Below, one piece after another: positions 1 to 10,786 of a stretch of 64,000 nt of DNA. The stretch's first letter is position 1. Every line of letters begins with the position of its first letter. The notes beneath the pieces are model-generated. The model saw nothing but the letters and a program-made list of their open reading frames with translations, had not been told where the DNA came from and did not search any database. The position numbers and the translations under genes were made by a program. The stretch comes from Octopus sinensis (lineage: Eukaryota), in contig NW_021836169.1 in assembly GCF_006345805.1 (NCBI RefSeq), positions 1 to 64,000 on the forward strand, read 5' to 3'.

Positions 1-174
1 TATATTATATATATATATATTATATATATATATATATATATAATATATATATTTTATCTATATATACATACATATATATCAACATACATATTATATATAT
101 AATATTAATATATATATATATATATACATACATATTATACATAATACATATATATATATATATAACATACATAT

Positions 175-221
<47 letters not shown>

Positions 222-260
222 ACACACACATATGTATACTGAAATATATATATATTTCTG
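1..260. repeat. (TA)n-rich microsatellite
   Basis: Near-pure TA/CA dinucleotide sequence. Confidence 0.95.
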
Positions 261-414
261 TAAAATAATATGTGACAATTATTCGGTAGCCAAGATAAAT
301 CTCTGAGTTTCGGATGCTGAGGTGGAAATCCACAACACCATCTCTTCGCTTATTCCTCTATTTACATAATATTGAGGTCTCTTTCTTTCTTTTGTTATCT
401 TACCGTTTTTGCCA

Positions 415-795
415 ATATATATATAAAGCTGAAGTTGTCTGTGCATGGCAGGTTTGGTAGCCTTCAAACTAACCCTATCTCCTCCGAGACCCTGCAGCGC
501 AAAATTGAGAGTATGATAGAAGAAGGCTTGCTCTTCCTTCCATAAAAGAAAAAATTCAAATTGGACCATGTTAACACCAAAAATTATTTACATCAAAAAG
601 GTGCTTTTTTTCTATGAAAATCCCTATTTTTTACGATTTTTTTACTGCTGTGTCGCCATTTTTCAGTATATTTCAACCAGAAAAATGTTCACTTAAAGAG
701 AATAACAAGCTACATAATGCAAAATTTTTACTTTTCAAAAATTCCAATTCTAAAGGGTCGAAACAAACCCGAGCAACGCCTGGCGATACTGCTAG
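415..795 (+). mobile_element. Non-autonomous Helitron
   Basis: 5' TATATATAAAGCTGAAGTTGT resembles the other Helitron 5' ends in the window but lacks a clean TC. 3' end AAACCCGAGCAACGCCTGGCGATACTGCTAG (CTAG 792-795) is followed by T. Confidence 0.7.
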
Positions 796-1188
796 TCTAT
801 ATATATCTATCTATATATATATATATACTCAGTAAAAGCAATTAAGATTCAAGCGAGCTCCAATGAATTCACATGAATGCGGTACTTAACTTAGATGCAC
901 CAGAAATCCTTCTGGTATTAACCATAAAATAATGTGGGGTGATTATAAAGAAGAAAAAAGCAACAAGAATGGATTAGTTGTTCAGTACAATTGTTTCATA
1001 CGAAGAACAGCTTTATTAAAAGCTGCAAAAATTGCAGCAAATACAAGTGTCCCGTATTCATCAGCCAAAACACATATGAGTTTTCCAAACATCCTACGGG
1101 GTGAGGCTACACTCATGAAGTATTGAAGAGAGTTCTATGAAAAGCAAAGTTAGATTGTAAGCAGACTTCAAAAGTTCTCTAATGATGC

Positions 1189-1229
<41 letters not shown>

Positions 1230-1235
1230 ATATCA

Positions 1236-1482
1236 TATCATTCATCATCATCATTTAGCGTCCGTTTTCCATGCTAGCATGGGTTGGACGGTTCAACTGG
1301 GGTCTGTGAAGCCGGAAGGCTTCGTCAGGCCCAGTCAGATCTGGCAGTGTTTCTACGGCTGGATGCCCTTCCCAACGCCAAACAACTCCGTGAGTGTAGT
1401 GGGTGCTTTTTACGTGCCACCCGCACAGGTGCCAGACAGAGCTGGCAAACGGCCATGAACGGATGGTGCTTTTTATGTGCCT
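1236..1482 (-). mobile_element. (GAT)n-tailed RTE-like retroposon/SINE (family D)
   Basis: (CAT)n followed by TTTAGCGTCCGTTTTCCATGCTAGCATGGGTTGGACGG...GGATGCCCTTCCCAACGCCAA. The same block recurs near 1895, 20845, 24105, 28560, 30005, 30955, 32975, 46440, 49290, 49430, 50650, 54490, 56410, 56640, 58575 and 62625. Confidence 0.75.
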
Positions 1483-1526
1483 GTCTCCTCCTTATGCAGA
1501 GTTTGACCACCTCCTGTACCTACACC

Positions 1527-1859
1527 TTAGGCCCCATCATGACATCTGATGTGGCTTTTGAAACCAGACAATGTTCTGAAAAGCCACCCACATAGATTGC
1601 CCCTCTGATTTGGACCACCAAGAGCTGCAGTTAAGTTCTGCTCTTTGTGGATCTTAAAATGTCTTTTGAGGCCTCTGTTAGCTTGCCAGACCTCATGGCA
1701 TACATGGCATCTAAAGGTGTGCACAGATATATAGGCAGAATAGTTGGAGGTTCGTTTTCCATGGGTCTGCGAATGAGATTTGAACCCAGCAAAATCAAGG
1801 CATGTTCTACCACGGACTGAGCACACAAAAGGGCCATTGTCATTCACCTTCTCAATCAC
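1527..1859 (-). pseudogene. Degenerate triple C2H2-like zinc-finger ORF, probably the C-terminus of an RTE-class LINE
   Basis: ORF reads FVCSVRGRTCLDFAGFKSHSQTH / FRCHVCHEVWQANRGLKRHFKIH / NLCGWLFRTLSGFKSHIRCH. There are no TGEKP linkers and some Cys are lost. Confidence 0.5.
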
Positions 1860-2271
1860 AATATTTTACGTTATTGTATGTATGTATATGTATCGCCAGT
1901 ACTGCCTGACTGCCCCCCGTGTCGGTGGCACATAAAAAGCACCCACTATGCTCTCGAAGTGGTTGGCGTTAGGAAGGGCATCCAGCTGTAGAAACACTGC
2001 CAGATCAGACTGGAGCCTGGTGCAGCCTCCTGGCTTCCCAGACCCCTGGTCGAACTGTCCAACCCATGCTAGCACGGAAAGTGGACGTTAAACGATGATG
2101 ATGATGATGATGATGACGATGATGATGATGACGATGATGATGATGACGATGATGATGATGACAATAATGATGACGATGATGATGATGACAACGATGATGA
2201 TGACAACGATGATGACGATAGTGATGATGATGATGATAATTATGATGATGGTGATGGTGATGGTGATGATG

Positions 2272-2735
2272 ACGATTTCATCTGATGATTACCATTTATT
2301 TCGAAGTTTGCAAAATTCTTTGAACGGTAAAACTTTAAATACTGATGATGACCTGAAATCACATTTGCTCCAGTTTGGGCTGATAGGAGGAGACGAAGAA
2401 CATGAGCATGGGCAGGAGTGGCGTGTAGTAGTAAGTAGCTTGTCTACCAACACATGGTTCCAGGTCAGTCCCACTGCGTGACATCTTGGGCAAGTGTCTT
2501 CTGCTATAGCCCGGGCCAACCAAGCCTTGTGAGTGGATTTGGTAGACGGAAACTGAAAGAAGCCCATCATATATATATATAGCGCAGGAGTGGCTGTGTG
2601 GTAAGTAGCTTGTTTACCAACCACATGGTTCGGGTTCAGTCCACTGCTTGGCACCTGGGCAAGTGTCTTCTACTATAGCCCGGGCCAACAAAAGCCTTGT
2701 GAGTGGATTTGGTAAACTCAAAGAAGCCCGTCGTA

Positions 2736-2786
<51 letters not shown>

Positions 2787-3145
2787 TATGTATGTGTTGG
2801 TGTTTGTGTGTCTGTGATTGTCCTCCTAGCATTGCTTGACAACTGATGCTGGTGTGTTTACGTCCCCGTTACTTAGCGGTTCGGCAAAAGAGACCGATAG
2901 AGTAAGTACTGGGCTTACAAAAGAGTGCTCGATTAAAGGCGGTGCTCCAGCATGGCCACAGTCAAATGACTGAAACAAGTAAAAGAGAGTAAAGAGTGTG
3001 GAATCATGAAGATGCCAGAAAAATGGCAAAAGGTCATCGAACAAAAAGGAAAAAATCGAATTGATTAAAATGAATTCTTTGTATGAAAAAAGAATGACTT
3101 TTTTTTCACATTGAAAAACCAAAATTTCTTTCTTGTCAACTCAAC
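2272..3145 (+). mobile_element. Mariner transposase C-terminus and 3' end, split by SINE insertions
   Basis: DYHLFRSLQNSLNGKTLNTDDDLKSHLLQF (~2287-2376) and GIMKMPEKWQKVIEQKG (from ~3000), then a TIR-like CTTTCTTGTCAACTCAA. Positions 2412-2997 are SINE family A. Confidence 0.8.
2412..2997 (+). mobile_element. tRNA-derived CORE-like SINE (family A): one head half plus one full copy
   Basis: Head GGAGTGGCTGTGTGGTAAG...GGTTCAGTCCCACTGC; CORE-like GGCACCTTGGGCAAGTG; central (TA)n/(TG)n; tail ...GAAACAAGTAAAAGAGT. About 25 further full or half copies lie near 4631, 6826, 14935, 15730, 17273, 17668, 20222, 22240, 23105, 25770, 28880, 30500, 44215, 47240, 49672, 49925, 51880, 53310, 54885, 59180, 61392 and 62245. 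Confidence 0.85.
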
Positions 3146-3161
3146 TTAAGGTTTCTTTTGT

Positions 3162-3543
3162 GGAGGCGCAATGGCCCAGTGGTTAGGGCAGCGGACTCGC
3201 AGTCATAGGATCGCGGTTTCGATTCCCAGACCTGGCATTGTGAGTGTTTATTGAGAGAAAACACCTAAAGCTCCACGAGGCTCCTGCAGGGGATGGTGGT
3301 GATCCCTGCTGTACTCTTTCACCACAACTTTCTCTCACTCTTATTCCTGTTTCTGTTTGTACCTGTATTTCAAGGGGCCGGCCTTGTCACTCTCTGTGTC
3401 ACGCTGAATATCCCGAGAACTACGTTAAGGGTGCACGTGTCTGTGGAGTGCTCAGCCACTTACACGTTAATTTCACGAGCAGGCTGTTCCGTTGATTCGG
3501 ATCAACCGGAACCCTCGTCGTCGTAACCGACGGAGTTCTTCCA
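3162..3543 (+). mobile_element. tRNA-derived SINE (family B)
   Basis: Head GGAGGCGCAATGGCCCAGTGGTTAGGGCAGCGG...GGTTTCGATTCCCAGACC carries A/B-box-like motifs. Other copies: 4831-5130 (+), 22650-22850 (partial), 42545-42783 (-), 57807-58180 (-). Confidence 0.85.
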
Positions 3544-3569
3544 CAAGGTTTCTTTTATGAATTACTCAG

Positions 3570-4083
3570 ATATTTTTGGCATAAATAGAGTTGACAGGGA
3601 CTTCGAAGTTTCACCCTGCAAGCCTTCCTCTGTGTGTGTGTTGTGTATGTGTGTATATGTGTGTGTGTAGGATTGCATGTGTGTGTATGTGTGTGTATGT
3701 GAGTGCATGTGTGTATGTGTGAATGTATGTGTATTTGTGTGTGTGTGTACATGTGTGTGTGTGTACATGTGTGTGTGTGTACATGTGTGTGTGTGTGTAC
3801 ATGTGTGTGTGTGTACATGTGTGTGTGTGTGAGTTTATGTGTGTGTATGTGTGCATATGTGTATGTGTGTCTGTATGTGAATGCATGTATGTGTGTGTGT
3901 ACATCTGTGTATGTATGTGTATGTGTGTGTACAAGTATTTGTATGTGTGTGTATGTGTGTCTGCGAATGCATGTGTGTATGGATGCATGTGTGTATGTGT
4001 GTCTGTGAATGCATGTGTGTATGTGTGTATGGATGCGTGTGTGTATGTGTGTCTGTGAATGCATGGTGTGTGTGTGTGTGTGC
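3570..4083. repeat. (TG)n-rich compound microsatellite
   Basis: TG/TA repeats. Similar tracts occur at 5700-6560, 16960-17250, 19760-20065 and 48390-49190. Confidence 0.9.
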
Positions 4084-4775
4084 ATAGACAATGAGGGAGT
4101 GGAACAGACAGACGAGCTGCCCTGTAAACCCTGTAAGGTTTATAGTGCTACAATTACAAGATCCCTTTAACAGAAATAGGGGTCTGTGTGATGAGTAAAC
4201 AGCAGGGGATGAAGAGGGGACTATCTGATCCTTATCCTGCCTGCCTTTGCTGGTCTACCCCCCACCCCCCACCCCCTGGTTGCCAGTCTGTCTGTGTGTC
4301 CCCTTCCGCTCCCTCTCCTCTCTGGAGTGAAACATCTAACATTGTTTGTAAACAGGTGTAACAGGGTCCCAGGGCCCCTTTCGTGCCCCCCCCCCCCCCG
4401 CTCCTAATTCCCCCTTTCTACCACACCCCTGGGTTGTTGATAAACATCATCACCATCAGCGTCAGCATTGCCAACATGATATGGTGACCCGGGGGGGGGG
4501 GGGCTACTCCACCCACCCCCACCCGCCTCCTTCTACTCAGCTGTGTGTGTGTGTGTGTGTATGAGTATGAATGAGTGTTGAAAGAGAGAGAGAGGGAAAG
4601 AAGTGTTTGTGTAGACATACACACACACACAGGAGTGGCTGTGTGGTAAGTAGCTTGTTTACCAACCACATGGTTCCAGGTTCAGTCCCACTGCGTGACA
4701 CCTTGAGCAAGTGTCTTCTACTATAGCCTCGGGCAGACCAAAGTAGACTTGTTAGACGGAAACTGAAAGAAACCC

Positions 4776-4807
<32 letters not shown>

Positions 4808-5395
4808 CATATGTGTGTGTGTGTGTGTGTGGAGGCCCAGTGGTTAGGGCAGCGGACTCGTGGTCGTAGGATCGCGGTTTCGATTCCCAGACCGGGCACT
4901 GTGAGTGTTTATTTAGCGAAAACACCTAAAGCTCCTCGAGGCTCCGGCAGGGGGTGGTGGCGACCCCTACTGTACTCTTTCGCCACAACTTTCTCTCACT
5001 CTTCCTTCTATTGGCCTGTTCGCTTAGCCAGCGGGGTGGCATCATTCGAAGGCTAAAGCAATGCGAAGAGCATTGTGACTAGCGATGTGTAACAACATCT
5101 GATAGCCTGGTCGGTCACGGTGATCATGGTGATATATAGATATACACACACACACATATATATATATATATGTATGTATTTGTATGTCTGTGTTTGTCCC
5201 TCCACCATTGCTTGACAACCGATGCTGGTGTCTTTATGTCCCCATAACCTAGCGGTTCAGTAAAAAAGACCAATAGAATAAGTACTAGGCTTACAAAGAA
5301 TAAGTCCTGGGGTAGATAGACAGACAGACAGACAGATAGATAGGGAGAGAGAAAGGCAAAGAGATAAATAGAGAGATATAGACAGATAGCTAGCT

Positions 5396-5427
<32 letters not shown>

Positions 5428-5431
5428 AGCC

Positions 5432-5468
<37 letters not shown>

Positions 5469-5697
5469 GGCAGGCGTAGACGTAGATATGCCAAGAGAGA
5501 GAAAACTTAGAAAATTAAGCGACTTTAACCTGTAATCCATTCAACACACACACACACACAGAGGTGTACATATGATATGTATGCTTTACATTTAGGGGTT
5601 AGGGGTTTAGGGGCCACAGAACTCTGTGTAAAGGATACAAATGTTTTCTGCCCCAGAAAGCAGACAGCCAGGGATCAACTTCAGGTGTAATTGGAGA

Positions 5698-5735
<38 letters not shown>

Positions 5736-6704
5736 TCGCATGCACACATACATACACACACATACAAATACACACACATATACAAATATACACACCTATT
5801 CACACACATATAGTCACATGCACACACACACACACCACACACATATACACACATCCACAAATACACACACCACACACATATATACACATGCACACATACA
5901 CCACACGCATACACATACACACACATACACAAATACACACACCACACACATATATACACATGCACACATACACCACACGCATACACATACACACACATAC
6001 ACAAATACACACACCACACACATATATACACATGCACACAACACACACACGCATACACATACACACACATACACAAATACACACCACACACACATATAAC
6101 ACATGCACACATACACCACACGCATACACATACACACACATACACAAATACACACACCACACATGTACATACATACACATATACACACACACCACACACA
6201 CCTCACACACACACACACATACACACACATCTTTTAACTTTCACTTGTTTCAATCATTGGACAGCAGCCATACTGCATTTGTGTGTGTGTGTGTGGTGTG
6301 CATGTGGTAGTGTGTGTATGTGTGTGTGTGTGTGTGTGGTAGTGTGTGTGTGTGTGTGTGCATGTGGTAGTGTGTGTGTGTATGTGGTAGTGTGTGCGTG
6401 TGTGTGTGTGTGTGTGTGTGCGTGTGGTAGGTGTGTGTATGTGTGTGTGCATGTGGTAGTGTGTGCGTGTGTGTGTGTGTGTGTGTGGTAGTGTGTGTGT
6501 GTGTGTGTGCATGTGGTAGTGTGGTGTGTGTATGTGGTAGTGTGTGTGTGTATGTGTACACCTGTCCACGCATGAATACGTATGTGCACCCATGCACATG
6601 TATGAGGGCTGTACATGTAAAGTTCACAGGTTAACCAAGATACTGTCATGGTATGTAACCCGGCCCCTCTTGTGCCCCACACACTTCTTCTATCATTGTT
6701 GCAG

Positions 6705-6806
6705 TGTTTGGGTCCCATTGATGAAGAAGAATCCATCCTGTTGGTCAGAAAAGTCCTCAACGGCAGGCATGACATGATCTTCACTGTGATAATGGTTCCC
6801 AGCCAA
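6705..6806 (+). CDS. Candidate host-gene exon (34 aa, product unknown)
   Basis: Pyrimidine tract CTTCTTCTATCATTGTTGCAG, then open frame CLGPIDEEESILLVRKVLNGRHDMIFTVIMVPSQ in unique sequence. The donor GTGGGG is weak. Confidence 0.35.
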
Positions 6807-7162
6807 GTGGGGTTTTTTTCTTTTATATCGACCCCAGGACTTATTCTTTGTAAGCCCAGTACTTATTCTATCGGTCTCTTTTGCCGGACCGCTAAGTTAC
6901 AGGGACGTAAACACACCAGCATCGGTTGTCAAGCAATGCTAGGGGGACAAACACAGACACACAAACATATGCACACACATATATATATATATTCATCTAT
7001 ATGACGGGCTTCTTTCAGTTTCCGTCTACCAAATCCACTCACAAGGCTTTGGTCGGCCCGAGGCTATAGCAGAAGACACTTGCCCAAGGTGCCATGCAGT
7101 GGGACTGAATTCGGAACCATGTGGCTGGTAAACAAACTGCTTACCACACAGCCACTCCTGCG

Positions 7163-7208
<46 letters not shown>

Positions 7209-7211
<3 letters not shown>

Positions 7212-7620
7212 TATTATAAAAGGCAGATTTTATCTGCCTCCCTTTGGGAGTTATACAAATCTACAATATAGGATTTCTTCAATTACAATTTACCTGGCAT
7301 TTTTAAGAGTACAATGCATCGCGTCATGCCAGGTCCAGTTTTTAAAATTTAAACTCCAATTAAGCAAAATTTACAGAAAACTCACATTCTGGTGTGTGTG
7401 TCAAATGCTTTTCTTAGTCTGGTTTACACCACACGCAAACGCACACACACACTGTGTAATGAATAAAATGAAACTAGATGTAATATTTGTTTCTCTCTAT
7501 CACGCTGATAGATACATGAGTAAAATGTATGGGAAGCTAACACATAAGTGTGAGTGTGAAAATGTTCTTGGAAGAGAGTAAATAGCCAGAGATAGTGATT
7601 TGAGGAGGACTTTACATTAA
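7209..7620 (+). mobile_element. Helitron 5' segment (H1), no own 3' end seen
   Basis: A|TCTTATTATAAAAGGCAGATTTTATCTGCC start after (TA)n. About 265 bp is closely similar to the element starting at 8990. Right boundary is approximate. Confidence 0.65.
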
Positions 7621-7978
7621 ATAACCGTAGTGGCTTGTGGTTAGTAATAAAGTAAACATACACTCATACACATACATACATACATACATACATACATACT
7701 ACACACATACATACATACATACACACACACATACATACACACATACATACATACATACATATACATACATACATACATACACACACATACACACACACAC
7801 AGTATTGAAGCTTGAGAACAATCAGATACATTGCAACACATCTGTTGAAAATATTATTGTTCACACACATACATAACATATACATACAGACAGACAGACA
7901 GATAGACACACACACACACACACATGATCCAGCATGACCACACCTCAGGCTGAAACATATAAAAGAATAACAGAATAT

Positions 7979-8345
7979 AAATGTGTGCAAAGTACAAGAA
8001 ATATTAATGCAGTATATGGGGATTGGACAATAAGCGTAAGGCAGTGTCAATGGTGGTTCCAGAAATTCCGAGCCATAAACTACAGCCTAGAAGACGAGCC
8101 TCATCCTGAAAGATCTGTAGAACTCGACAAGGACATCCTGAAAACCATGGTGGAACAAAATATCATCGTAACTGTTGAGGAACTAGCAGAGAAGCTTGGA
8201 TTTGGTCATTCAACCATTCATTGAGACCTGTGTGCTATCGGAAAAGTCAGCAAATTGGGTCAATGGGTTCCTCACGAACTTTCCGAGTCTAATTGCATGC
8301 AGAGAGTGAATGTATGCTTTTCTTTGCTGTCACATCTCACCACTA
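7979..8345 (+). pseudogene. Mariner transposase N-terminal HTH fragment
   Basis: STRNINAVYGDWTISVRQCQWWFQKFRA...LAEKLGFGHSTIH*DLCAIGKVSKLGQWVPHEL. The WVPHEL motif lies at 8264-8281, after an in-frame stop at 8222. Confidence 0.9.
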
Positions 8346-8359
8346 CTGCGCTATGTATA

Positions 8360-8989
8360 TCTATATATATAAAACTGTAGTTGTGTGAGTGTCTGTCCCC
8401 TTCGATTTAGATTCCTAACTACTCCCACATTTTGCGGTGCAGTTTAACCAAATTCGGGTATCTTATAGTCGTGATTAATATCGAGCCCGTCTGAGTATTA
8501 GCGCGCGTCTACGATGAGTCTACGATTTTAAAAATAATTTAACATCATTTTTTATTCCATTTTAATGCATAATTTTTCGTGTGTCGATGGCGGCAGAGTT
8601 GGCGTCCACGCTCACACCTGCACCTGTGGGGAAGGGAGTGTAAGGAAATCAACGTCGTAATGCGTTGTCAAGGAGACCAGCGTTCTTTTAGAACAACGAC
8701 TTCATGGCTTGAAGACACCAAAACAGAAATGGCTAAGAAAGCGTCTACATGAGTCTACGATTTAAAAAAAAATTACCATCGTTTTTTCCATTTTAATGCA
8801 TTTTTTCGCTATTATATAAGGAAGTAACTCTCTAAAAATGTCTACGATGAGTCAACGATTTAAAAAAAATTTACCATCATATTTTTTCCATTTTAATGCA
8901 TTTTTGCTATTTTTTGGCTATAACTCTCTAAAAATGCTTATATAGTTATTTCCCTTACAAACCCGAGCAACGCCGGGCGATACTGCTAG
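8360..8989 (+). mobile_element. Non-autonomous Helitron (H2)
   Basis: 5' A|TCTATATATATAAAACTGTAG; 3' hairpin CCCGAGCAACGCCGGG (8962-8977), then CTAG (8986-8989). Confidence 0.85.
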
Positions 8990-9940
8990 TCTTATTATAA
9001 AAGGCAGATTTTATCTGCCTCCCTTTGTCAGTTATAGAAATCTACAATATAGGATTTCTTCAATTACAATTTACCTAGCATTTTTAAGAGTAGAATGCAT
9101 CGGGTCGTGCCAGGTCCACTTTTTAAAATTTCAACCCCAATTAAGCAAAATTTAGAGAAAATTCACATTGTGGTGTATGAGTCAAATGCTTCTCTTAGTG
9201 TGGGATACAGCACACACAAACGCACACACACAGTGTGCAACAAATAAAGCGAAAGTAATTCACTTTCTGTAGTGAGTGACTCTTTCACTCTGCCTCCCAC
9301 TTCCTCTTTACACACATAGACACGCAAATATATAAATAAAATTGTAAGCTAACGTGCGTGTGTGTGTGTGTGTGTGCGTGTGTGTGTGTGAGGGTGCGTG
9401 TGTGTGCGTGTGCGTGAGTGTGTGACAGGAAAGTTTTTTAGGACGAATATAAGACCTATATCCAAGTAGCAGAAAGATCGCCCAAAAGTGTATATAGATA
9501 TTTAAATGTATTTATATATTCATCTATACACAGATGTATGTATAACGTGTGTGTATATATTTCTATAGACGTAACCATTCACTCCGCACAAAGTTTTTAG
9601 GACGAAAATAAGATCTAAAGTTATCTCTAAGTAGCACAAAGATCGCCCAAAAGTGTATATAGATATATAAATGTATTTATATATTCATCTATGCACACAT
9701 GTATGTATAACGTGTGTGTATATATTTCCATAGAGGTAACCATTCACTCCATACAAAGTTTTTTAGGACGAAAATAAGATCTAAAGTTATCTCTAAGAAA
9801 CAGAAAGATCGCCCAAAAGTGTATGTAGATATTTAATGTATTTATATATTCATCTATATACACATGTATGTATAATGTGCGTGTGTATATATTCCATAGA
9901 GGTAACCATTCAATCCATACAAAGTTTTTTAGACGAAAAT
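8990..9940 (+). mobile_element. Helitron (H3) 5' portion with internal ~160-166 bp tandem repeat x3
   Basis: TC start directly abuts the H2 CTAG. The AAGTTTTTAGGACGAA motif recurs at ~9441, 9600, 9766 and 9931. Confidence 0.65.
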
Positions 9941-9941
9941 A

Positions 9942-10786
9942 TTTATATATAAAAGAAAGGTGTGTGTCTGTCTACTCCGATGTAGATTCCTAACTACTCC
10001 CACATTTTGCGATGCATGTTTAACCAAAACCGGGTATCTTATAGTCGTCATTCATATCGAGCCCTTCTGGGTATTAGCGCGTGTCTACGATGAGTCTATG
10101 ATTTTACAAATAATTTACCATCATTTTTTTCCATTTTAATGCATATTTTTTTAAATAAAAGGAAGTAACTCTCAAACTTCACACCAATATGCGTGCTCAT
10201 ATGCGACGTAATATCACATCAACAGCATTTCCTCACACCCTCCTTGCACTTGGCGAAGGCAAAATACCAGGGGATGAAAATGGTAATATTGCCATCGATT
10301 CCATTTGTACCATTGTTAAGACGCCTTCTGATCTCAGAGATGCAGTGTTCCCAGATCTACAAGCTAATTATCAGAATATGGATTGGATTGGCAAAAAGGC
10401 TATACTGGCCCCGAGGAATAAAACTGTTCACCATATTAATGATGAAATGCTAAAACTCATTCCTGGGGAAGTCTATGTATATCAGTCTATCGATACAACT
10501 CCTGACCCAGAGGACATCATCAACTATCCAATAGAGGTACTCAATTCCTTTGAGCACCCCGGACTACCACCACACTTTCTCAAACTTAAAGTTGGTGCCC
10601 CTATAATGCTCATCAGAAATTTGGTTCCCCCAAAACAATGCAATGGCACACGCTTGATCGTTAAGTCCTTATCTCCCACTTTAAACTTATATCAATATTT
10701 GCCTGGATAATCATCATAATTCAGTGCAATCATTAACAGTACTTTCAAGCAATTCAGCCCCGAGCAACGCCGGGCAATTCTGCTAG
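9942..10786 (+). mobile_element. Helitron (H4) carrying a helicase fragment
   Basis: 5' ~230 bp matches H2/H6. 3' CCCGAGCAACGCCGGGCAATTCTGCTAG (CTAG 10783-10786). Confidence 0.85.
10189..10710 (+). pseudogene. Helitron RepHel PIF1-like (SF1B) helicase fragment
   Basis: AILAPRNKTVHHIN, YPIEVLNS, GLPPHFLKLKVGAPIMLIRNL and CNGTRLIV are characteristic of PIF1/Helitron helicases. The fragment is truncated at both ends. Confidence 0.92.

Noticed and set aside
298-350. Additional hammerhead on the minus strand (CGAAGA-GATG..CATCC-GAAAC-TC)
   Set aside because: The core is incomplete and stem I does not pair; at most a decayed Penelope-type remnant.
830-1190. Unique AT-rich island as an exon
   Set aside because: Only short open frames, with no recognisable motif or convincing splice pair.
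2095-2280. Poly-Met protein start
   Set aside because: Translation of the (GAT)n tail of a family D element.
3162-3240. tRNA genes at SINE heads
   Set aside because: A/B-box-like motifs are present, but each runs into a conserved SINE body repeated many times, and no complete cloverleaf could be supported.
5591-5613. Interstitial telomere repeat
   Set aside because: Only three imperfect TTAGGGG units, compatible with chance.
3555-6630. His/Thr, Val/Cys and Tyr/Ile-rich ORFs here and throughout the window
   Set aside because: Translations of (CA)n, (TG)n and (TA)n microsatellites.
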